64,000 nt of DNA from contig NC_043015.1 in the NCBI RefSeq assembly GCF_006345805.1, positions 24,738,001 through 24,802,000 on the forward strand, in the 5' to 3' direction. Origin of the DNA: Octopus sinensis (lineage: Eukaryota). The notes beneath the pieces are model-generated. The model saw nothing but the letters and a program-made list of their open reading frames with translations. It searched no databases and was not told where the DNA came from. Shown one piece after another: positions 12,290-24,600 of this stretch. The position numbers and the translations under genes are program-made. Position 1 is the first letter of the stretch; the number at the start of each line of letters is the position of its first letter.

Positions 12290-15141
12290 GAGGAGGGGGG
12301 AGAGTTGAGACCAAATGGCGTATAAGAGCGAAGAGAGAATTAATTCCTGTTCACGGCGCAAACGGGAATCCGGATGGCCTCTGTGTAAGGACAAACCGAA
12401 CACAGATAGGTGTTGCAAGGAGTGACCGGTGGAGCGGAAATGGCGTGAGACCGGTGTGTCGTTCGCAAGGTGGATGTCACGAAGGTGTTCCGCGAACCGG
12501 TCAGCCAAGCGGCGTCCCGTTTGTCCGATGTACAAGGAATTGCAGAGAGAGCAAGAGATGCAATAGATAATATTGCTGGAGGTGCAGGTGAAGGAGTGGA
12601 TGATGGGATAGGGTCGATGGTGGGTGCTAGTGAGGCGGGTGGTGTTGGAGAGGTAAGGGCAAGTGCGGCAACGTGGGCGGGAGCAGGGGAACGAGCCGGG
12701 TTGGGAGGTAGGGTCAGGGAAGGAGCTATGGACCAAAAGGTCTCGAAGGTTGTGGGCTCGTTTGAAAGAGGGGAGGGGTCGGTTAGGGAAGAGGTGTGAA
12801 GTGGACGGTTGGACTGGAGATGACGGAAAGCTCGAAGAATGGTGCGTTGGAGACGTAGGGTCGTGGGGTGGTAAGTGAGGGAAAAGGGAGGCGGGAGACT
12901 ACAGGGCGGGTTCGGGGAGAGAGAGCAGATACACGGTCCACGGACCGTGCTCTGGCAAGGGCGGTGTGGATATGGTGAGGGGGTATCCACGTAGGGTGAA
13001 GTGGTGAGCCATACGTTGAGACTGAGTCTCAAAGTCATGGTCGTCACTACAGAGCCTACGTAGACGGAGGAATTGGGAATAGGGGATGGAAAGCTTGGTG
13101 TGTTCTGGGTGGGAGGAAGAGAAGTTGAGGTATGAGTGTGAGTCTGTGTGTTTGTAGTGAATGGAGGTGGTAAGAGTGGAGTGAAGAATGCTAACCGAAA
13201 TGTCGAGGAAGGAGACAGAGGTGTTGGAGATAGTGGAAGTGAAGTGGAGGGCTGGATGGAAAGATTGGACGAAGAGAGGAAGGAATCTAGATGTTCGCGG
13301 GAGAGTGAGGTGGCACCGATAATGTCGTCAATATAACGACCATATAGTTCAGGAGTGGGACCAGTGAAATTAGAGAATATTTGGGCCTCAACATAGCCAC
13401 GAACAGGTTCGCATAGTTGGGGCCCATTCGCGTTCCCATGGCCACTCCCGAGATCTGATGGTAGAACTCGCCCGCGAACGAGAAGCAGTTCAGAGTAAGG
13501 ACAAGTTCGGCCAGACGAATGAGTGTGGAGGTGTCAGGTACAGGGTTAGAGCGGAGGTCAAGAAAGTGTCGAAGGGCCTGCAGTCCTTCGTGGTGAGGGA
13601 TAACAGTATAGAGGCTTTGGATGTCCATAGTAAAAAGGGTTTTGGAGGAGCCGGGAGGAAAGGAGAAAGAGTTGAAAAGCCGGAGAGCATGGTTGGTATC
13701 GTGGATGTGAGGGAAAGATGCCACTAGGGGGGCAAGGACACGGTCGAGGTATTTAGAGATGAGCTCCGTGGGGCAGTTACAGGCGAGACGATGGGGCGGC
13801 CAGGGTTGTTGGGTTTGTGGATTTTGGGGAGGAAGTAAATGGTGGGGGTACGTGGGGTTCGCACAATTAGGTTGGATGCGGTGCGGGGGAGACGGGAGGA
13901 CAGATGAGGTCTTGGACGGTAGAGGATACCGTCTGTTGGTAGCTACGTGTGGGGTTAGAGGGCAGAGGGGAATAGAAGGAGGTGTCATTGAGTTGGCGGA
14001 AAGCCTCGGCCCTATAGAGGTCCGCGCGCCACACCACTACAGCTCCACCTTGTCAGCCGGTTTGATGATAATGTCAGCGCGCCGTTGGAGGGAACGAAGA
14101 GCCAAGAGCTCAGCCGGGGAGATGTTGAGGCGGCGTTGGCGCCTGGAGAAGTTGAACCACTCCAATGCACGCTGACAAGCGCCCGCGAAAAGATCCACTG
14201 CTAGGATCTGGCCAGGGGCAGGCGTCCACGGGGATGGTCGGCGGCCCAGGCCAGTGAAGCAGTCGTCCTCTTCGTGGGGTGTGGGTGGCGAGTCGTGGTA
14301 ATGCGCACCCAACCGGACACGGCGCACAAAGCTGTGGACATCAACTCGCGTCTGGAATTCCTTACAGGACGGAGCGTTCAGCCGCAGAGAGGGGAAGATC
14401 GGGGGGAATGGTAACAACAGACGGAAGTGGAGAAGGGGTGGGTGGAATAGAAGTAGGAGGGGTGGTAGGTCTCGTGGAGGTCTGAGGGGGAAGGATTGGG
14501 GAGGTGTGTGGGGGGTGGTTGGGCGGGGCAGTAGGGTTAGGTGTAGGTGGATGGAGCCTAACGGGAGGGGAGAAGGGGTTGTAGGGAGGGGCAGTGGGGT
14601 TAGGTGTGGGTGGATGGAGCCTATCGGGAGGGGAGAAGGGTGGTGGAGGAGTTGGGGTAGTGGCGTCGGGTAGGGTGGAATGGAAGAGTGATTGGAGTTT
14701 ACGAAGTTTGGTATCAGAAAGAAATTGATGGAAGAGTTGATTCAAATGGATAATGAAGCGTAGCGTGTTTGGAGCATAGAGAGGCGGCAGAGAGGAGAAG
14801 AAGGTGGAGAAAGCAGGAGGAAGAAGGCGTTTGATGGCATGTAGTTTGGAGAGATTGGAGCGAATGGTGGCCCGCATAAGGCGGTAAGATGTGGTGCGGA
14901 GTATGGGTAAGATGGAAGAATCCGAGTGGAGAACAGGGTGGAAGTGGAGGCGGAAACCTTTAGGGATGAGTCGGTGATGTAGGCAGCGGCTTAGGAAAGA
15001 GACATGGCTAGAGAAGCGGGTTTTTTTAAAAAGAAGTAGAGAGAGATTAACGGACGGCTGAAGGCAATATACAGGAAGCGAACGTAGATGATCCTTCAAA
15101 CGGTGATGGAGGGTGAGGAGGTAGGACCTAGGATCCGGCAT
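12290..15141 (-). pseudogene. PLE polyprotein (N-terminal domain, RT, Cys linker, GIY-YIG endonuclease), frameshifted as assembled
   Basis: ATG at 15141 (MPDPRSY). Motifs HVSFLSRCLHHRLIPKGF, IIKPADK, LFTMDIQSLYTVIP, GVAMGTRMGPNYANLF, RYIDDI (13321-13338), PCSRPRCRTCP, NIIYCISC..C..LYIGQTGRRLADRFAEH and PFGLN. Split over several frames. Confidence 0.92.
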
Positions 15142-15859
15142 GATGGGATAGCGGAAAAAAAACGTTCGAAAAAACAAAAAAAAACAAAAAACAAAAATTA
15201 TCGTATGAAAAAAATAGAAAAAAAGGATAGCGAAAAAAGGGGAAAAAACAAAAAAATAATAATCGTATGAAAAAACTAGATAAGTAAGCGATAGGGGCAG
15301 AAAAGACGGGGCAAACGGAAAAGGGAAAGAAAGAAGGGAAGCAGAGAGAGGGGGAGGCAAAAAAAGGGGGGTGCAGGCAGAGGAAACGGAGTATGGACAT
15401 CCAGAGAGGGAAGAAAGACGGAAAGGAGAACAAAAATTCAGGAAAATGTGGGAAGCATGAAATGAATGTAAAAAAAGTGGTAATATAAGAGAAAATAAAA
15501 ATACAACAAACGGGACAGTTTATGCGAACAAGTTCAAGGTTGAAAGTTCAAGGTTGAAAGTTCAAGGTGAGAAATGTGTAGACGTCGTGGTATATTTTTT
15601 AAGGATTTCACATCAATGCAAAGTCACTTTGATCCGCGAAAGAGAGGTGCAGCCAATGGTAAGTATCCAAGAGGTAAAGAAAATCCAAGGTAGAGGTAAG
15701 TGTTGATAGTGGTATTGGTAGAATATAGGATGAAAGTGAGACCACGTGAGCGCATAATATATAACGGGAAGCTTTATGAAAATAAACAAAAGACGAAGGC
15801 AGGTGGAAAACAAACGAACAATTGTATTAGTATGGCGCTCAGGAAATATAATAAAAAAG

Positions 15860-15897
15860 TCTTTAACGTTTCGAGCCTACGCTCTTCAACAGAAAGA
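15860..15897 (-). ncRNA. Minimal type I hammerhead-like motif in 5' pLTR
   Basis: Identical in sequence to 11408-11445. Confidence 0.7.
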
Positions 15898-15920
15898 TAC
15901 ACAGAGAGAGAAAAACACAG

Positions 15921-16001
<81 letters not shown>

Positions 16002-17217
16002 ACCACATGAGTGAGTGAAGAAAATTAAAGGAACTCCACATGTCAGACAGGAGTTATATTTATTTTTAATTACAGCTGAGATGAGCTCCATACACAGACA
16101 TACATTACAGACAAACAGATAGACAGATGAGAGGAAGTGAGAGAGAGGGAGAGATAGAGGCAATGAGAGAGGAGAGGGAGAGAAGGAAAGAGAGACAGAC
16201 TGACAGAGAATAGACAAGCACCTGCTTGACAAAACATTAATACAACCCTAAATTCCATTGTTTTCTTTCTTTCCTCTAATATTTCTCTTTCTTCCAATCT
16301 TGTTAGCTTTTATTGCCAAACTAAAAGAGATCTATCAGATGACCTTCTTAAAGCAGATAACATTTGTAACAACTGTATCAAACATAACCTTTTTTTCTCT
16401 CATTTACTCTTTGCACCAATTTCTTTCTTTCTTTCTTTTTTACATTATTATATGAAATCTATTAAAATATACATATTGGAAAAAAATGTTAGAAATTTAA
16501 AGAAGTAGCGAAAAAAAAGGTCAATTTAAAAAAGTAATAAAAATTTAAATGGATTACTAGGTTTTATGGCTTTTTGACAGCATTTGTAGAAAGTATGTTT
16601 GTAGCAATTTAACATTGTGACATCCTAATCATAAAATGTTCAGAGAGTGTCAGATGTGTTCCACTGAAAAATAGGAGATTCTTTTTTTCTCTAAATGCTG
16701 TAATTTTCACTGCAGTCAAAAATCAGAAAACAATTTAAAGCTGTTTTGACAAGAAAAAAAAAAAAAGGAAATAAAGTTATTTTGTAAGTAGGAGTAATAC
16801 ATTGTCTCTAGTGTATGAGAGTGTTCACCAACCAACAGAAAGCAACTCAATAAATACCCAGGGACACATTCATCAAGAAAAAGTAATAGTAAAGTGTGTG
16901 TTGAATGAATAATTTTAATTAAATGAAGTTTGTTGGCTTACCATATAAACTATGCTTATGTCATTGAGTTATATAAATTTTAATATTTCACTGGTGTTTA
17001 CTCAAATCTGGCAGAATGAATGGTAAAGATGAGCTACTCAGCAACACTTGAACTCATCTGATTTGAAATTTAAGTGTTGTAACAACACTGGAAGTCATTG
17101 TGGCCCATGATCTCCAGGATTTCAACCAATTCCCCCAATGTTTTAAATCAATACAATTATAAAATAATAATTAATCAACTAACCAACTCTGTTCTTCTTG
17201 GAGGTTTTATGACAATC

Positions 17218-17391
17218 ATTAGCACACTGGACGAAATGATTAGCAGTATTTCGCCCATCGCTAAGTTCTGAGTTCAAATACTGCTGAGGTTGACTCTGCC
17301 TTTCATCCTTTCAGGGTCGATAAATTAAATACCAGTTATGCACTGGGGTCAATGTAATTGCCTAGTCCCCTACTCCCAAATTTCAGGCCTT
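17218..17391 (+). mobile_element. SINE family A copy
   Basis: 'ctgagttcaaat..gttgactctgcctttcatcctttcagggtcgataaattaaataccag...aaatttcaggccttg'. Confidence 0.8.
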
Positions 17392-18617
17392 GCAGAAACT
17401 CCATAAGACGTACCCAGTGTAAGCTATGGACACATAAGAGGTGCAGCAATATCAAAGGAAGGCTAACTGGGAAGATATCTTTTGTATGTGGCAGATGCTC
17501 AGGAGCAATAAACACTGAAAATGTGCAGAGAACAACTTTCGCCACATTCCAGGGAGAAAAACTAGAAGTAGTTGATAGCTTCTGTTACCTAGGTGAACCA
17601 GTCAGTAGCGGAAGAGGGTGTGCTGAAAGTGTAGTTGCTAGAATAAGAATAGCCTGGGCAAAGTTCAGAGAACTCTTACCTCTGCTGGTGACAAAAGGCC
17701 TCTTGCTCAGAGTAAAAGGCAGACTGTATGATGCATGTGTATGAACAGCCATGCTACACGGCAGTGAAACATGGGCTGTGACTGCTGAGGACATGCGTAA
17801 GCTTGCAAGGAATGAAGCCAGTATGCTCCACTGGATGTATGATGTCAGTGTGCATACACAACAGAGTGTAAATGCCCTGAGAGAAAAGTTGGATTTAAGA
17901 AGCATCAGGTGTGGTGTGCAAGAGAGATGACTGCACTGGTATGGTCCTGTGTTGTGAATGGAGGAGAACAGCAGTGTGAAAAAGTGTCACACCCTGGCAG
18001 TTGTGGGAACCTGTGTAAGAGGTAGACCTAGGAAGATTGGGATGAGGTGCTGAAGCACAACCTTCAAACATTGGGCTTCACTGAGACAATGACTAGTGAC
18101 TGAGACCTTTGGAGAAATGCTGTGCTTGAGAAGACCCGACAAGCCAAGTGAGACCATAATCCATAGCCTATGCCAGTGAGATATAATCAACCCACTTATA
18201 AGTACCCCTCATTCATTTGACAATAAACTTTGCTTGTGAAGACCTGTTGGGGCAAGTGAAATCAAAATCACTGACAGTACCGCCTGATTGGCATTCATGC
18301 TAGTGGAACATTAAAAGCACCACCTGAGTGTGATTGTTACCAGGGCCGCTGAGTGGCTCCCATGCAGGTGGCATGTAAAAAACACCTTTTGAGTATGGTC
18401 ATTGCTAGTACCACCAGACTGGCCCTCGTGCTGGTGGCATGTAAAAGCACCCACTACACTCTCGGATTGGATGTCGTTAGGAAGGGCATCCAGCTGTAGA
18501 AACTTTGCCAGATTTGATTGGAGACTGGTGCAACCTTTTGGCTCGCCAGCCCAGTCAAACCGTCCAACCCATGCCAGCATGTAAAGTAGACATTAAACAA
18601 CAACGATGATGATGATC
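17392..18617 (+). mobile_element. 5'-truncated RTE LINE (from PHD finger through 3' UTR and (GAT)n tail)
   Basis: RNSIRRTQCKLWTHKRC..FVCGRC, FCYLG, AWAKFRELLPLL. Premature stops present. Same family as 21681-25060. Confidence 0.92.
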
Positions 18618-20073
18618 ATTTATGATGTATCTAGGACTACAAGATGTAAATGTCACCACTTTTTCAAGCATGTGATTTGAATGAGATATCACAAGATAGA
18701 GAGATCATTATTTGCCCCATGGAAATCATTAAAGTTGATCCATTCAAAGCTCATCCAAGTTCAAATCTCATTGAAGCTGATATAATATTTATTCAAGCAA
18801 GAATGAATATAAATAATTACCAGTAATATGTGATGGTGGAATAAGGTTAAAGGCCTTGAATAGATTCACTATAATTACCCCTTCTTTTTTAATGAGGAAC
18901 TGGTCTTGCATTGAGTTAAACCAAATACAAAAATTCCTGGCATTCAAAATCTTTTCTTTGGAATTAAAGCTGCATCAGTTATTTGGAACTCTTTATATAA
19001 ATAGTTGTGATGGGGTTGACCAGAGGGAGAATAAGAAGGAGCAGGGGTAGGAAGAATTCAAAGGAGGAGAAAGAAAATGAGAGAAAAAAGAAAACTTGTA
19101 ACTCTTGCAAACACATAACACTCACTACTCCCCACCCCCACTCAAATGGGCATTGGTGGAAGAATCTGAGAATGTAAGAGAGTGACAACAACTGTTTTTC
19201 AGGGAACATTTCTATGGTATTTCTGGTAAATGTTCAAAGGAATGGCTGTTTCTAACTCATTTATCTAAACCTGTGATAACCTTACCTTCAATACAGCCTT
19301 TTGTACCTCCATATAACATGTATGCACACATTATATACATACATATGTGTATATATAAAGATATATATATGCATATTTATATATACATGCATATATATAT
19401 ATATATATATACACACACATACATACATATATATATGAATATATATACACAAATATATATATACATATGTATATATATGTATATATATATACACACACAC
19501 ACACATAAAAATATATATCTACTAGCTGCATAATGGCTTTCTTTCTTCTTTCTCTTTATGGTTTCTTTCCCTTTATTTATTTTTTGTTTATTTATTATTT
19601 GTTTTCTTTTTATGTGTGTTTGCCTTTTTTCTTTTTTTTTCTTTTCTTTTTTTCTTTTTGTTTTATTTCTAAAGGACATTCTAATGAATATTTATTTTGT
19701 AATTCCTTTCAGATGACATAACACTGTGGAGTGATTAATATGAATACACTCTTCGTTTGATAGATTCTGAAAGTAAAGGCAACCAGGAGGGAGGCGTAGG
19801 GTGCATTGATGATAGTGGCAGTGGTGAAGGGGTGAATATTAAAAACAAACAAACAGAAAACAAAAAAGAGAGTGGAAGAAAGAACTGGACAGACATACAG
19901 CCAGACAGACATAGTCACTGATTGTTGTCTGTAAATTTTCTGACAACAAAATTCAATGTATTGAACAAATTTGAGCTCTTCATTGATTTCTGATACGATT
20001 TGGGGATTAAAAGAAGGGCATGCACATGATCTAACTGTAAATACTGTGTATTAATATACCTATCTATTTATCC

Positions 20074-20104
<31 letters not shown>

Positions 20105-20159
20105 CATACACACACATATAAATATATATAGATATGTATGTGTGCGTATATATATATAA

Positions 20160-20469
20160 AGATGCTTGTTGTTATGTCCTGTCGTTATTATTGTTTTTTT
20201 TTTGTATTATTTTTGTATTTATATTCGTGTAACATCGTCTATTTTTCCATCCTTGTTTCGTATACATTCAATCCTTTTTCCAAGGAATATAATGCTCTTA
20301 GCTTAGTTTTTCCTTGGAGCTGGCCAAATTGGAGCAATCTCAAGATTAATCAGCTGAAATTGCGAGGATGATCCGGTTCTTGACTGAAGATTAAAGGCTT
20401 CGAATGACCCGTCCGTGTTTTTTGTATCATATATTTGGATGTTTTGCGTTCTTGTCCCATTTTGTATTT

Positions 20470-20472
<3 letters not shown>
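20160..20472 (+). repeat. (TA)n-embedded repeat resembling a solo PLE-type terminal fragment
   Basis: CpG-containing island between TA runs, with a ccaaggaa/ttccttgg stem, CTGAAGA near 20384 and a T-rich tail running into (TA)n. No full ribozyme fold found. Confidence 0.35.
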
Positions 20473-20522
<50 letters not shown>

Positions 20523-20551
20523 GTGTATATATATATGTAAATATATATATA

Positions 20552-20585
<34 letters not shown>

Positions 20586-20589
20586 CACA

Positions 20590-20961
20590 AGCGCAGGAGT
20601 GCCTGTGTGGTAAGTAGCTTATTTACCAACCACATGGTTCCGGGTTCAGTCCCATCTACAATAGCCTCGGGCCGACCAAAGCCTTGTGAGTGGATTTGGT
20701 AGACGGAAACTGAAAGAAGCCTGTCGTATATATGTATATATATATATGTGTGCGTGTATGTTTGTGTGTCTGTGTTTGTCCCATCCAACATCGCTTGACA
20801 ACCGATGCTGGTGTGTTTATGTCCCCGTCACTTAGCAGTTCGACAAAAGAGACTGATAGAATAAGTACTAGGCTTACAAAGAATAAGTCCCGGGTCGAGT
20901 TGCTCGATTAAAGGCGGTGCTCCAGCATGGCCACAGTCAAATGACTGAAACAAGTAAAAAA
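20590..20961 (+). mobile_element. tRNA-derived SINE, family B (internal TA/TG microsatellite)
   Basis: 'ctgtgtggtaag..ccgggttcagtccca', 'gaccaaagccttgtgagtggatttggtagacggaaactgaaagaagcc', tail 'ccagcatggccacagtcaaatgactgaaacaagtaaaa'. Confidence 0.85.
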
Positions 20962-20983
20962 ATATATATATATACATACATAC

Positions 20984-21017
<34 letters not shown>

Positions 21018-21060
21018 GTATGTATATAAATATGTATATATATATATATGTGTGTGTGTG

Positions 21061-21098
<38 letters not shown>

Positions 21099-21100
21099 TA

Positions 21101-21295
21101 GTAAATAATAAAAAAATGGCAAAAAACACAAGAAAAACCCACAACATGAGGATGTGGTACAAGCAAAGTATTAATAAGATGATCAGGGAAGAAGAGAAAG
21201 GGTGTTTTACGTTCCAAGTAAAGCTCTTCTTCAGAAATAGGAGACAGAGGAAAGTCCAAGAGAAAAGGCAGACAGAGGAAAAAAGTCGCCAACAT
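21101..21295 (-). mobile_element. Solo PLE pLTR-like fragment with damaged hammerhead (21205-21237)
   Basis: Minus strand reads uuu-CUGAAGA-agagc-uuu-acuug-GAA-cg-UA-aaa. Same layout as the 11307 pLTR (pyrimidine tract, ribozyme, T-rich tail, (TA)n). Confidence 0.6.
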
Positions 21296-21680
21296 TCCAC
21301 ATGTAGTTACATTTTGGAATGACCATCCACATCCGGTCATTCAAAAATATAAGCACATGTGAATCATTGGCGATTAAGTATAGGTTAGCATGGTTTCTAC
21401 AACTAGATGCCCTTCTGAAATCCAACCATTTTACAAAATGTGCTGGGTGCCTTTTTCATGGCACCGGCACCAGCAATGCCACTGAGTATCTGAAAGATAA
21501 AGAATCGTCAACTGAGCTGGGTACAGAGAGGAGGAAAAAACTAAGAGAGAGAGAGATAGAGAGGTGCAATTGTCTTTTTGCAGAGATGAAAACATTGGCT
21601 TGCTTAGCCAAAAAGTGAGAGAGAGCAAAAAGAGATGAGAGGCCCAGGTACAATGTGAAGATGAGACAGAAAAGAAAGTG

Positions 21681-24600
21681 CATCATCATCATCTTCATCA
21701 TCATCATCGTTTAACATGCATTCTCCATGCTAGCATGGGTTGGACGGTTCAACCGGGGATCTGGGAAGCCAGAAGGCTGCACCAGGCTCCAGTCTGATTT
21801 GGCAGTGTTTCTACAGTTGGATGCCCTTCTTAATGCCAACCACTCTGTGAGTGTAGTGGGTGCTTTTTACGTACCACTGGCACAGGTACCAGGCGAGGCT
21901 GGCAACGGCCACGATCGGATTGGTGCTTTTTACGTGCCACTGGCACAGGTGTCAGGCGAGGCTGGCAATGGCCATGATCGGATTGGTGTTTTTTACGTGC
22001 CACTGGCATGGAAGCCAGTCAAGGCGGTGCTGGCATCAGCCACATTCGGATGGTGCTTTTTACGTGCCACCAGCACAGGGATCACAACTGCAGTTTCCAT
22101 TGATTTTTGATGTTGGTGTACTTGACTCATTGGATCTCCTCAAGCACAGGGTCGAAATGGTGTTTCTTTACTTGCCACCTGCACAGGAGTCAGTCCAGTG
22201 GCCCTGGCAACTGCCGGGTGCCAGTCATAGGATTGGTTCCATTTCGATTCTGATTTCACTTGCCCCAACAGGTCTTCGCAAGCAGAGTTTAGTGTCCAGT
22301 GAAGGGAGGTTGGCATGGTGCCTGTCGTCGGATGAGGTTCGATTTCGACTTCGCTTGCCTCAACAGGTCTTCGTGTGTCCAAGGGAGGAAAGGCATGCCT
22401 AAGTGGGCTGGCTGGGATGGACTCACTTGTCCTGCTGGGTCTTCTCACGGACAGCATATTTCCAAAGGTCTCGGTCGCTGGTCATTGCCTCAGTGAGGCC
22501 TAATGTTCGAAGGTCATACTTCACCACCTCGTCCCAGGTTTTCCTGGGTTTACCTCTTCCATGGGTTCCCTCAACTGCTAGGGATTGGCACTTTTTCACA
22601 CACCTATTTTCATCCATTCTCACCACATGACCATACCAGTGCAATCGTCTCTCTTGCACACCACAGCTGATGCTTCTTAGGTCCAACTTTTCTCTCAAGG
22701 TACTTACACTCTGTCGAGTATGTACACTGACATTACACATCCATCGGAGCATACTGGCTTCATTCCTTGCAAGCTTACGCATGTCCTCAGCAGTCACGGC
22801 CCAAGTTTCACTGCCATGTAGCATGGCTGTTCGTACACATGCATCATACAGTCTGCCTTTTACTCTGAGCAAGAGGCCTTTTGTCACCAGCAGAGGTAAG
22901 AGCTCCCTGAACTTTGCCCAAGCTATTCTTACTCTAGCAGTTACACTTTCAGCACACCCACCCCCACTACTGACTTGGTCACCTAGGTAACGGAAGCTAT
23001 CAACTACTTCTAGTTTTTCTCCCTGGAAAGTGACAGAAGTTGGTCTCTGCACATTTTCAGTGTTTATTGCTCCCGAGCATCTGCCACATACAAAAACTAT
23101 CTTCCCAGTTAGCCTTCCTTTGACATTGCTACACCTCTTATGTGTCCATAACTTACACTGTGTACATCTTATAGAGTTTCTACCTACGCCTTTTCTACAG
23201 ATCGAGCAGGGCCATCTACCTGAAGGCGTTTGTGGTTTGTCTGCCTTCCTACTTAGTAGGACTTTGGTTTTAGCTAGGTTGACTCTAAGGCCCTTCGATT
23301 CTAATCCTTCCTTCCACACCTGAAACTTCTCCTCCAGTTCTGGTAGTGACTCAGCAATTAGAGCAAGGTCGTCAGCATATAGGAGCTCCCAGGGGCAACC
23401 TGTCTTGAATTCCTCCGTTATTGCCTGCAGGACTATGATAAATAGGAAGGGGCTGAGGACTGAACCCCGGTAGACCCCAAACTCTACCTTGAATTTTTCA
23501 GTGTACACATTGCCAACCCTTACCTTACTTACAGCGTCCCTGTACATGGCTTGCACAGCTCTCACCAGCCATTCATCTATCCCTAGTTTCCTCATTGACC
23601 ACCAGATAGGGGATCGGGAGACCCTGTCAAAGGCTTTCTCCATGTCAATGAAAGCCACGTATAGGGGCTTATCTTTGGCCAGGTATTTCTCCTGCAGCTG
23701 TCTCACCAGAAATATGGCATCAGTGGTGCTTTTCATTGGCATGAAACCAAACTGCATCTCATCCAAATTGACTGTCTCCCTAATCAGTTGGGCTATGACC
23801 CTCTCCGTAGCCTTCATTACCTGATCCAACAGCTTGATACCTCTGTAATTATTTGTATCTAGGGTGTCACCTTTAACTTTGTAGCAGTTGACTATTATGC
23901 TGCTACACCAGTCATTGGGTATGATTCCTTCATGTATCACCTGGTTAACTATACGGGTGACTAGGCTATAGCCGACACTACCAGATATTTTGAGCATCTC
24001 TGCAGTAATTCCTGATGGGCCTGGGGCTTTCCCTGAATTCATGCTTCTAATTGCCTTAACTACCATAGAACTGTCAACTCGGATAGCTGGTCCCTCTGTT
24101 GGGTTGACATTAGGCAGACTCTCTTTATCACATTTATTTTCTTTATTCAGCAACCTTTCATAGTGGTGTCTCCAAAACTCTCTCTTTGCATCCTCATTTA
24201 GCGCAAGCGAACCATCATCCATGCGAACATATTTCTCTCCTACCACATCACGATTCTCTCTCACACACTGTCTTGCAACACAAAATACCTCAAGTCTTTG
24301 GTCCTCATGGTGCAGAACATTGGCAAATTTTTTCTTATCTGCTTCCCCTCTGGCTAAATAAACCTGTCTCCTAGCTTCCCTTCTGGCAGTCTGATACAGT
24401 TCCCTGCTACCTCCGTTCTTCCAGTCCTTCTAAGCCTGTTTCTTTTGTCTAATAGCCTTGTCAACCACATTGTTCCACCACCACGTTACCTTGGGTCGAG
24501 TGGGGACTTTGCACCAGCCTGAGATCTGGTCAGTGGCTCTTAGCAGGTTGTCCCGTAGAAACCTCCAGTTGTCTTCCACATTATGTGATGCTATACACCC

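Larger units (their letters stand above)
11307..15921 (-). mobile_element. Penelope-like retroelement (probably Neptune-type), near full length, direct pLTRs, inserted in (TA)n
   Basis: Near-identical direct repeats 11307-11469 and 15761-15921. GC/CpG-rich interior. RT and GIY-YIG motifs in the expected order. Confidence 0.93.

Noticed and set aside
12470-14485. Plus-strand ORFs over the PLE (likewise antisense ORFs over RTE and Dong)
   Set aside because: Antisense shadows of retroelement coding sequence with no independent motifs.
16211-16325. Possible further CCDC39 exon (LEEREILEERKKTMEF)
   Set aside because: Derived from a purine-rich low-complexity tract, with weak splice signals and no resemblance to the expected next exon.
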